A stretch of 64,000 nucleotides of DNA from the NCBI RefSeq assembly GCF_009914755.1, contig NC_060941.1; one strand, written 5' to 3'. Made by a program: the position numbers and the translations under genes. The notes under the pieces were generated by a model, which was not told the DNA's origin, did not search any database, and saw only the letters and a list, made by a program, of their open reading frames with translations. Origin of the DNA: the human T2T-CHM13v2.0 reference genome, Homo sapiens. Shown here piece by piece: positions 49,570-64,000 of the stretch; the first letter of the stretch is position 1; each line of letters begins with the position of its first letter.

Positions 49570-50345
49570 TCTGGCTCTGTCTTTTGCTTCAACAGTGTTT
49601 GGAACGAACAGACCAGGGGGCTCCCTCTTCCAGCCTCTGATCGCCTCCCATCTCCTTTCCACTTGAGCCTCCAAGACCATCTTCTTGGCAACCTCCTGCT
49701 TCTGGGCCCAGCCAACACCGTTTTTGTGGTTATCTGCTTCTTGTCCCCAAGCATGAGCTCCCAGATGTGTCAGAATCATTCCACCCAGGCGGAGGCAACC
49801 ACTAACTGCCTGGTCAACTGGCATCTCTCTGGGCTTCTACTTCAGCCGTGACGATGTGGCTCTGGAAGGTGAACTGGCCAAGCGTCTCTGGAAGATGCAA
49901 AGCCAGCATGGCAGCCCGCTCTTCTGCAGGACCTGCAGATGAGATGAGTGGGATAAAACCCTGGATGCCGCGGGGGCAGCCTTGGCCCTGGAGAGGAGCC
50001 TGAACCAGCCTATTCTGGGTCTTCACGCCCTGGGTTCTGCTGGCACAGACCTCATCTCTGGGACTTCCTAGAGAGGCCTTTCCTAGATGTGGGAGTGAAA
50101 CTCGTCAAGAGAGTGGATGATCGCCTGACCTCTGCGGGCTGGCCGCCCGGAGCTGGGTCAAGCAACTGTCTTTTCCAAAGTCTTGCCACCCTCAAGCACG
50201 ACTGGGAGCCTAGCGAGCCCAGCGACCTCTGAGAGGCTCCTCTCAAACGATCAGGGTTTCTGCCTGCCTGAGCCTCCCCCTCCAGCCACTAGGCAGCTTT
50301 TTAACACCCTGGAGCCCTCTCCCAAGCCTGGACCAAATTTGCAGG
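49570..50345 (+). pseudogene. FTLP12: Processed ferritin light chain pseudogene (probably FTLP12)
   Basis: Intronless match to the FTL 5'UTR (tgcttcaacagtgtttgga...accgtttttgtggtta). ATG 49753 gives MSSQMCQNHSTQAEA, versus FTL MSSQIRQNYSTDVEA. Frameshifted SLGFYFSRDDVALEG, internal deletions, ...ctcaagcacgac end and a 3'UTR remnant. The pseudogene number is from memory of the locus. Confidence 0.9.
49576..49612 (+). promoter_or_regulatory. Iron-responsive element remnant in the FTL retrocopy
   Basis: TGC-TTCAA-CAGTGT-TTGGA: bulge, 5-bp stem and CAGUGN loop. Lower TCTGT/ACAGA pairing is also present. Confidence 0.8.
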
Positions 50346-50707
50346 GACAAAAGCGGGGCAGGGGCTGGGGTGGGGAAATCAAATTAATGACCTTCTTAGG
50401 GTAAAGATGTTTCAGGAAGAGGAAACCTGCCATCCCACAACCCCTAGACCATAATAGCATTTATTCCTTCCAGGGATCAACAAACCAGTGACAGAGAGAC
50501 TCTGGAGCCATTGAAATCTACTGATTGAGGCCAGGCACGGTGGCTCACGCCTGTAATCCCAGCACTTTGGGAGGCCAAGGCGGGAGGATCACAAGGTCAG
50601 GAGTTGGAGACCAGACTGGCCAACATAGCAAAACCCCATCTCTACTAAAAATACAAAAAAAAAATTAGCCAGACGTGGTGGCAGGTGCCTGTAATCCCAG
50701 CTATTCA

Positions 50708-50812
<105 letters not shown>

Positions 50813-51273
50813 TCAAAAAAAAAAAAAGAAAAATCTACTGATTAATGCCTATCTTAACTCCAGTGTCAATAGTAGCTTTGACAAACGCCTTTTATATCAT
50901 GTGGCTATACTTTGCCAAGCATACTGAGCACTATTATAATTGTTTCCTAATACCCCATGTGATACCCCCATGCTTCATACGTTTATAACACATTTAAAAA
51001 TAGCATGACGCCAGGGGCGGTGGCTCACGCCTGTAATCCCAGCCCTTTGGGAGGCTGAGGCGGGCAGATCGCCTGAGGTCAGGAATTCAAGACCAGCCTG
51101 GCCAACATAGTGAAACCCTGTCTCTACTAAAAATGCAAAGAATTAGCTGGGCGTGGGCCGGGCGCGGTGGCTGACACCTGTAATTCCAGCACTTTGGGAG
51201 GCCTAGGCAGGCGGATCACCTGAGGTTGGGAGTTCGAGACCAGCCTGACCAACATGGAGAAACCCCGTCTCTA

Positions 51274-51435
<162 letters not shown>

Positions 51436-51459
51436 TCAAAAAAAAAAAAAAAAAAATTA

Positions 51460-51663
<204 letters not shown>

Positions 51664-51939
51664 TTACCTAAATAAATTACCAAATTCCCATCATCTGGAG
51701 GTAACTATTGATAGCACAGATTTTTAAAAAATGGGTTATCATATAATGCTTTCTATTTTTTATCCTGCTTTTTTAAACTTAATTTTTCTACTTACATTGT
51801 TTTATGCTAATAAATATATATCTTCATTTAAATAGCTGCATAGCTTTCTGTTGTATATATCATAATTTATTTAACTCATACTAATGGGGCATTTGTAAAC
51901 AACTCTATGGTGTAAATGCATCCCTTCATATATATTTAT

Positions 51940-51941
51940 AT

Positions 51942-51983
<42 letters not shown>
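51940..51983. repeat. (TG)n microsatellite at an Alu tail
   Basis: Long tgtgtg run read directly. Confidence 0.95.
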
Positions 51984-51985
<2 letters not shown>

Positions 51986-52354
51986 TTAGAGATAGGCTCC
52001 CACTCTGCTGCCCAGGCTTGTGTGCAGTGGTGCAATCATAGCTAACTGTATCCTCAAATTCCAGTGTCAAGTGATCTTCCCACCTCAGCCTCCTGAGTAG
52101 CTGGGACCACAGGCACATGCCACCTTGCCTGGCTAATTTATTTTGATTTTTATTTTTTTGTAGAGGTGGGGTCTTACCATATGACCCAGGATGGTCTCAA
52201 ACTCGTGGCCTCAAGTGGTCCTCCTACCTCAGCCTCCTAAAGCATTGGGATTTAGAGGCATAAGCCACTGTGCCCAGTCTCTTGACATATTTTGTAAATT
52301 AAAAACGAGGAAGAAATATTTACAACACAGGCGTGTGCCACCATACCCAGCTAA

Positions 52355-52483
<129 letters not shown>

Positions 52484-52866
52484 TGACGTTAAAGGACTAA
52501 TTTCTTTCTTTTTTTTCTTTTCTTTTGAGACAGGATCTTACTCTGTCACCCAGACTGGAGTGCTGTGATACGATCACAGCTCATTGCAGTCTCCATGTCC
52601 CAGGCACAAGTGATCCACCTCAGCTTCCCAAGTAGCTGGGACTACAGGGGCACATACTACACCTGGCTAATTTAAAAAACTCTTTGTAGAGACAGGTTCT
52701 TGCTATGTTTCTCAGACTGGTCTTGAACTGCTGACCTCAAATGATCCTTCTGCCTCAGCCTCTGAAAGTGCTGGGATTACAGGCATGGGCCACTGCACCC
52801 ACCGAAAGGACTAATTTCTTCAATATATAAGTGGTTTCTATAAATATATGAGAAACAGATTAATAA

Positions 52867-53163
<297 letters not shown>

Positions 53164-55348
53164 TGATCCGCCGACCTCGTGATCCGCCCGCCTCGGCATC
53201 CCAAAGTGCTGGGATTACAGGTGTGAGCCACCGCGCCTGGCCAAAAATTGTTCTTAAACACATGACAAGATGTGCAGCTTCACTTAGCATAAGAAAAATG
53301 ACCATTCAATGTATGAAGTGGCATTTTTTAATATTTCAGATTGACAAAGATAAAACAAGACTGTTAATACTTTTGTTTACAAGAGTGCAGAGAAATGCAT
53401 CCTCATGTATTGTTGGTCGGTGTAAACTGGTACAACCTCTTTGGAAGGCAGTTGGGTAAGTAGCTATGAAAATCTCAACTGCAGCTGGGCGAAGTGCCTG
53501 TCATCCCAGCACTTTGGGAGACCGAGGCGGGTGGATCACCTGAGGTCAGGAGTTCGAGACCAGCCTGACCAACATGTTGAAACCCCGTCTCTACTAAAAA
53601 TACTCACACACAAAAAATTATCCAGGCGTGGTGGCGGGCACCTGTAGTCCAAGCTGCTTGGGAGGCTGAGGCAGGGATAATTGCTTAAACCCAGGAGGCA
53701 GAAGTTTCAGTGAGCCGAGGTGGCACCACTGCACTCCAGTCTGGGCAACAGAGCGAGACTCTGTCTCAAAAAACAAACAAAAGAAAATCTCGAGTTCACA
53801 TACCCTTTGTGCCAGCAATTCCACATCTGGGAATTTTACAGATACTCTCACAGATGTGTAAAAAGAAGTATGAGCACAGATGTTCCCTGCAGTATCGTTA
53901 ATAATAGAAATACACTCAAGGCCGGGCGCGGTGGCTCACGCCTGTAATTCCAGTACTTTGGGAGGCCGAGATGGGTGGATCACTTGAGGGCAGGAGTTGG
54001 AGAGCAGTCTGGCTAACATGGTGAAGCCCCGTCTCTACTAAGGATACAAAAATTACCCAGGCGTGGTGTCGCACCCCTGTAGTCCCAGCTACTTGGGAGG
54101 CTGAGGCAGGGAGAATTGCTTAAACCCAGGAGGCAGAGGTTTCAGTGAGCCGAGGTGGCACCACTGCACTCCAGCCTGGGCGACAGAGAGAGACTCCATC
54201 TCAAAATAAATAAAATAAAATAAAATAAGAAAGGTGAACCTTAGCAGCAGCAAGGCAGCCATCACCTTTGCTCTCTGAAGCCTGCGGTAGGGATGGATAT
54301 GAATTAGCTGTGGCGGGAGGGGCTGAGTAAGCTCTGGGACCACGTGACTCTGCTGGACACAGCAGGGGAAGGCAGTGGTCCAGGCTTCCCAAAAACCAGC
54401 CTTGAGGAATAAAGATAACGCTCCCAATTTTCAGAACTGCTCTGCTCACTCTGAGTCAGAGTGGAAAATACTGACTGCTGCATCTAGCAAAGGAGATGTT
54501 TCAGCACTGTTTTGGGAAGAAGGGCCTGTAGGGCCTATCTGATGAGGGCCTTACTGTCATCTCCCCATCATGCCAAGCAGCCTTTCCTTTGACCCAGGGC
54601 TCCCACCCCCACTTTCAGATTAGCTGCCAGCCTCTAACACTCTGCTGTTTTCCCTTCCTGAGAAGCAGCCGCTGTGAAAGCTGTTTTTCTGAGCATCAGG
54701 CCTGAGCATAATCTGCTTTAGCAGCTGAAGTGGTCTGCTCTTCTTTTACTGACAACACTTTAATACAGAAATTCTGATGGCCTTTTAGATTTATATATGC
54801 TTCTCCCTCCCCTCTGGGCTTTTCCTGGAAGTAGGTTGGCAAGGAACAGTATGGCTCCTACCTCCACACCAGCCAGGACCTTGAGAAGGGAGAAGGTGCT
54901 GAGCCACTCAAGCACATGGCCAGGGGAGCTTAGAAAAACAGGGACTTCCAACCTGCCTGGGCAATATAGCGAGACCCCGTTCTCCAAAAACAAGGAAAAA
55001 AGAAAAAAGAAAAAGAGGGACCCTCCAAACACAAGCAGGGAGAAGCTGAAGAAGTGGGTGCTAGAAGAGCCTGGAGATGTGTAGATGGCAGCCTGTCTGC
55101 TGCTCTGGGCCTTGGCCATTGCCTGTGCTGCTGATGCTTCTGCTGTCTCTTCTCCTTTCACAAAACTACAAGAGCTCAGGTTGGGGCTGCTCAAAAGCTT
55201 CCCGCAATGTGCTGATTCACTCTAAGTGCCTGCTCCTCTGCAGACTGACTTCATGCACTTAAAATAATTCACTCGTTTCATTGTTAGCTCTGTCCTCTCC
55301 ACTTGCATTTCAGGCCAGAGCACTACAGTGAGGTCCCAAGCTCTGTCC

Positions 55349-56430
<1,082 letters not shown>

Positions 56431-56844
56431 GTCCACTGGGCTCAGGTGAGCAGGGCCTGAAACAGATGACATGGAAATTTATAATAAAATAAGGGGCCCG
56501 TGCCTTAAGACATACCACAAAGTAAATATAACACTGTACAGGCTCTCTCGGGTGACCCTGGACTACAGAATGTGGGTTGTGGGGAGGGAGAGACGTGGAC
56601 TTTTTCCTGCAGGTCATGGCTTGGGTGCACCTAGAAACAGGCCAATACCACCTCTTCTTTTCTGGAAAGGTGGGGCCTGACAGCTTTGTGTGGGGAACCA
56701 GTGTCCTGTTACAGTTCAGGTCTAAAATGCCTGCTGAGTAAATAAACATGTTGTTCTCAACCTAAACCGAAAAGCCTGATATTTGTAGGAATAAAATTGA
56801 TCTTTCCTACCCTGAGCAAAGTGCTCCAAATATGCTCAGTCATG

Positions 56845-56916
56845 GAGTGGAGACAGATAAGTAAACAGACGCTGGGAATAGAGTGGAGACAGATAAATAA
56901 ACAGATGCTGGGGATA
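56845..56916. repeat. 36-bp tandem duplication
   Basis: gagtggagacagataagtaaacagacgctgggaata followed by gagtggagacagataaataaacagatgctggggata. Confidence 0.9.
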
Positions 56917-57734
56917 TGTCGTGATACAGAGCCAGGCCAGAGTCAAGCAAGGTGCTGCATTGGCATTCTGCCGGCCTTTCCTGCAGGAAAAGGTGTGAAA
57001 AAGCTCTTGGGGTGATGGGAAGGGGTGTGCTGTTTTGAAATCGGAAGATAAAAACAGAGCCATGGAGGTTCTGCGCCATCGCCTTGGAACAGATGGTATC
57101 TGCCTCCACATCTGCAATGACTCAGATCTCTGCTCTGGGCATACCTGCAGTCAAATCAGGGCTGCCCAGACATCCTGTGTTTGTGAAATGCTGAGAAAAA
57201 CAGAAGGGGACTAACTGGCTTCTAGCAGTTGCCTACTCATCCACCCTCTTCCAAACACCCAGGCTGGGGAGTAACATTTTGGGGATGAGTCCTCGTAATG
57301 CTGCTTCTCTCTAGAGAGCAATGTGTGAAAATTGACCCAAGGAGTTGTCTCATGGGGTGAGGCATGATTGGCTGTCTTTTCTCAGAGCCTCCCTGAGGCT
57401 CATCTACCCCCATGCCCTGAGCTCACTGGGGCCTGCCTGGCCAAACAGAATATACCCATTAAGGGAAATAAATTTCCAGGCCACAATAACAAGCATCACC
57501 ACTTTGAAAAGAAAGAACCATAAACTGAAATTCTTCAGAATAAGAATTTTTAATTAGCCTAATAAACACATTAAAAGATATAAAGGAAAATACTAGAACT
57601 ATGAAACAAATGAATACAAAAACACCAAAAAGAACCAACAAGAAATACTAAGTTGAAAATATAAAAGTTGAGGCTGGGCACAGCGGCTCAAGCCTGTAAT
57701 CCCAGCGCTTTGGGATGCCAAGGCGGGTGGATCA

Positions 57735-58004
<270 letters not shown>

Positions 58005-58007
58005 TCA

Positions 58008-58112
<105 letters not shown>

Positions 58113-58167
58113 TCAAAAAAAAAAGGGCCGAGCACAGTGGCTCACACCTGTAATCCCAGCACTTTGG

Positions 58168-59447
<1,280 letters not shown>

Positions 59448-59505
59448 CTTTGGGAGGCCGAGGCAGGTGGATCAGTAGGTCAGGAGACCGAGACCATCCT
59501 GGCTA

Positions 59506-59907
<402 letters not shown>

Positions 59908-60189
59908 TCAGAAGATAGGATTCCTGGAAAGAGAAAGAGAAAAATGGAAAGGAGGAAATATTTGAAAAAATAATGAAGAAAAAATTCTCAGAATTAGGAA
60001 AAAAGATGAAGTGTGAACACAAGATCTGTATACGGATTATTCCTTATTAAAAATAATTTTGGCCAAGCGTGGCCGGGCGTGGTGGCTCACGCCTGTAATC
60101 CCAGCACTTTGGGAGGCCGAGGCAGGTGGATCACGCGGTCAGGAGATCGAGACCATCCTGGCTAACACGGTGAAACCCTGTCTCTACTA

Positions 60190-60441
<252 letters not shown>

Positions 60442-60485
60442 CTAGGAGTTAGACATCAGTCTGGGTGGGCAAAAACCTGTCTCTA

Positions 60486-60689
<204 letters not shown>

Positions 60690-61898
60690 TTACAGCGAGA
60701 AACATTTTGGGGAAATTTAAGAATATCAGAGACAAAAAGAACATTCTAAAAATTTCCAGAGAGTCAGAGATCACAGATAAAGGAACAAGAGGCCTATTTA
60801 TTTATTTATATCTTTTTGAGACAGAGTCTCACTCTGTTGCCCAGGCTGGAGTGCCGTGGTGCCATCTGGGTTCACTGCAACCTCTGCCTCCTGAGCTCAA
60901 GTGATTCTCCTGCCTCAGCCTTCTGAGTAGCTGGGATTACAGGCGACCACCACCAGGCTCAGCTAATTTTTGTATTTTTAGTAGAGATGGGGTTTCACTA
61001 TGTTGGCCAGGCTAGTCTCAAACTCCTGACCTCAGGTGATCTGCCCGCCTTGGCCCCGCAAAGTGCTGGGATTACAGGCGTGAGCCACTGTGCAGGCCGA
61101 AGAGGCCTATTTATTAACATTAGATTTTTCAACACCAATACCAGGTGCAAGAAGATAATGGAGTAGAATTTTCAAAGTAATGAAGGGAAAGATCTTAGAA
61201 CCTAGAATCTCTTTTTGAGACAGGGTCTTGCTTTGTTGCCCAGGCTGGAGTACAGTGGTGTGATTATAGCTTACTGCAGCGGCAATGTCCCACACTCAGG
61301 TGATCCTCCCATCTCAGTCTCCTGAGTAGCTGGGACTATGGGCACACACCACCATGCCCAGCTAAGTTTTTTGATTTTTAGTAGAGACCAGGTCTCGCTA
61401 TATTGCCCAGGCAGGTCTTGAAGTCCTGAGCTCAAGCAGTCATCCTGCCATGACCTCCCAATGTGCTGGGATTATGAGCGTAAGCCAATGCACCTGGCTT
61501 TGACCTTTAAAACAAGAAACCTCCCCACTGCCCGTGGACCCCATATCTCCTTCCAGTTAGTTGCCACCTCTCTGCTTCCCTCTATAATGAAGCATCTCCA
61601 AAGGGTGGTCTGCAGACATTGTCTCCACCCCCTCCCCCTTTTTTTGTTTTAGATTGCCTTTTTTTTTTTTTTCTGCAGTCCTGAAAATCATCACGTACAG
61701 ATTGTCTTTTAAAAAGAAATAAAATAGGCTGGGCGTGGGGACTCACGCCTGTAATCCCAGCACTTTGGGAGGCCAAGGCAGGTGGATCACCTGAGGTCAG
61801 GAGTTCAAGTCCAGGCTGGCTAACATGGTGAAACCCCGTCTCTACTAAAAACACAAAAATTAGCCGGGCGTGGTGGCGGGCGCCTGTAATCCCAGCTA

Positions 61899-62006
<108 letters not shown>

Positions 62007-62197
62007 TCAAAAAAAAAAAAAAGAAAAGAAATGAAATGAAATATGACAGTTATGTTTGGCTTCCAGTTTAAAAATGGCTTCCTGCCCAAATCCCTCTAGA
62101 ATGATCATTAAAAAATTTAAAAGTGGCCAGGCGCAGTGGCTCATGCCTGTAATCCCAGCACTTTGGGAGGCCAAGGCGGGTGGATCACCTGAGGTCA

Positions 62198-62476
<279 letters not shown>

Positions 62477-63219
62477 TCAGAGACTGTCTCACCTTGTTAC
62501 CCAGGCTGGAGTGCAGTGGAACAATCATAGTTTACTACAGCCTCAACTCCCAAACTCAAGTGATTCTCCTGCCTCAGCCTCCTGAGTAGCTGAGATTACA
62601 GGCATGCACTCCCATGCCTAGCTAACAAGGAGTTCTAGCTTATAGGAACTGGTTTAACATTGTTTAATGCAGTGTTTTCCAATTTTCAATTTCAGTTTTT
62701 ATTTCAGTTTTTGTGTGTGTGTTTGCGGTGGTGGGTGGTGGGGGGTGGGGGACAGAGTCTCGCTGTGTTGCCCAGGCTGGAGTATAGTGGTGCAATCTTG
62801 GCTAATTGCAGCCTTCGGCTCCCTGGTTCAAGCGATTCTCAGCCTCAGCCAGTAGCTGGGACCAAAGGCCCACTCCAGGATGCCCGGCTAATTTTTGTAT
62901 TTTTAGTAGAGACAGGGTTTCACTATGTTGGCCAGGCTTGTTTTGAATTCCTGACCTCAACTGATCCACCGGCCTCGGCCTCCTAAAGCGCTGGGATTAC
63001 AGGCGTGAACCACTGCGCCTGGCTTTGTCCCTGGTTCTTTAGCCAATGTGTCATCTCCGCAAAACATTCTTGCCCACTCTCCTTTTCCCCCAAGCAGCAG
63101 CAATAAACTTTCCTTAAAGTCTGTGAGTCTGGCAGAAGGCGGAGGCTGCAGTGAGAGGTGATTGCGCCACTGCACTACAGCCTGGATGACAGAGAGAGAC
63201 TCCGTCTAAAATTTTGAAG

Positions 63220-63716
63220 TGTAGCAGGACGAGCCACAGACAAAACTCCTCAGACGCCAGATTAAAGAAGGAAGAGGTTTTTATTCGGCCAGGAGCGTCA
63301 GCAGACTCGCGTCTTAAGAGCCAAGCTCCCCAAAAAAGAAATTCTAGCCCTTTTAAGGGCTTACAACTCTAGGGGGTCCACATGAAAGGGTCATGATAGA
63401 TCAAGTAAGCGTGAGGAACGTAACTGGGGGCTACATACATCAGCTAACAGAACAAAAAGTTTTACAGTGCTTTCTCATATAATGTCTGGAATTTACAGAT
63501 AACACCAGTAGTTTTGGTCAGGGTTTAATATTATTATTATTATTTTAACCACCAGGGCCAGGTGGTGGCGCCAAGGTCGTCTAGCTATTTATCTTACTTC
63601 TGTTTCTTTCCAACTTTTTGCTTTCTCCCTTTTCTCCTGTCTTATAAACTAGGGAAAAGGGGAGGTGGGGGAGAAGCTGGGAAGGACAACAGGAGAAGTG
63701 GTGGTCTCATTCCATA
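63220..63716 (-). mobile_element. Solo ERV1 LTR, LTR15-like
   Basis: tgtagcaggacgagccacagacaaaactcctcagac... About 497 bp. AATAAA on the minus strand at 63285-63280. Near-TSD gaag/aaag. Confidence 0.7.
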
Positions 63717-64000
63717 AAAGAAAAGGCTACAGGTCTGGGAGGCAGGTCAGACACTGCCAACGGCAACTGCAGCAAGAATAAGAAACAGTCCCTTCAAAGG
63801 AGCCAGGGGTACAGGTGCGCATCACGGAACTCCACTCCCGTGGAGACACAGCCAGGGGTGCAAGGATCGAAATCAGATTAGTGATTATCAGAGACTGGCG
63901 GCAGGTGAGGAGGGTGCAAAGGGGCACCAGGGCACTTTTTTATTTTTTTGAGACGTTGTCTCACTCTTGTCACCGAGACTGGAGTGCAGTGGCCTGATCT

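Noticed and set aside
49546-49851. 101-aa ORF containing an FTL-like N-terminal stretch
   Set aside because: Runs through pseudogene 5'UTR sequence and frameshifts after about 25 FTL codons, so it cannot form ferritin.

Overview
Human (primate) genomic DNA, very Alu-dense, recognisable as the CENPV-UBB interval of 17p11.2. Two protein-coding genes are fully reconstructable and divergently oriented. CENPV is on the minus strand: 5 coding exons, 828 nt, 275 aa, GFA/CENP-V zinc fold, CpG-island promoter near 11.8 kb. UBB is on the plus strand: non-coding exon 1, a 717-nt intron, and three tandem ubiquitins plus Cys at 40226-40915. A decayed ferritin light-chain retrocopy (about 49570-50345) keeps its IRE upper stem and loop. 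The rest is mostly Alu, old L1/L2 fragments and several solo LTRs with readable target-site duplications (MER31, MLT2A1-like, MER4, LTR5A/B, LTR15-like) plus a MER21-like fragment. Nearly all other ORFs in the track are Alu-derived or GC-rich artefacts. I see no evidence of a wholly new gene system. The most unusual signals are: (i) a second, CpG-rich copy of the UBB distal promoter segment about 6.5 kb downstream, which reveals an Alu insertion and an Alu-associated 86-bp deletion in the real promoter; (ii) a sense MLT2A1-like LTR with DUX4-like motifs, TATA and a GTAAGT donor upstream of the exon carrying the whole UBB CDS; (iii) a second UBB+1-type frameshift site giving a different tail; (iv) a bipartite CTCF site between the two genes; (v) AluY>LTR5>AluY nesting. 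Repeat subfamily names are from recalled consensus sequences, not from a search.
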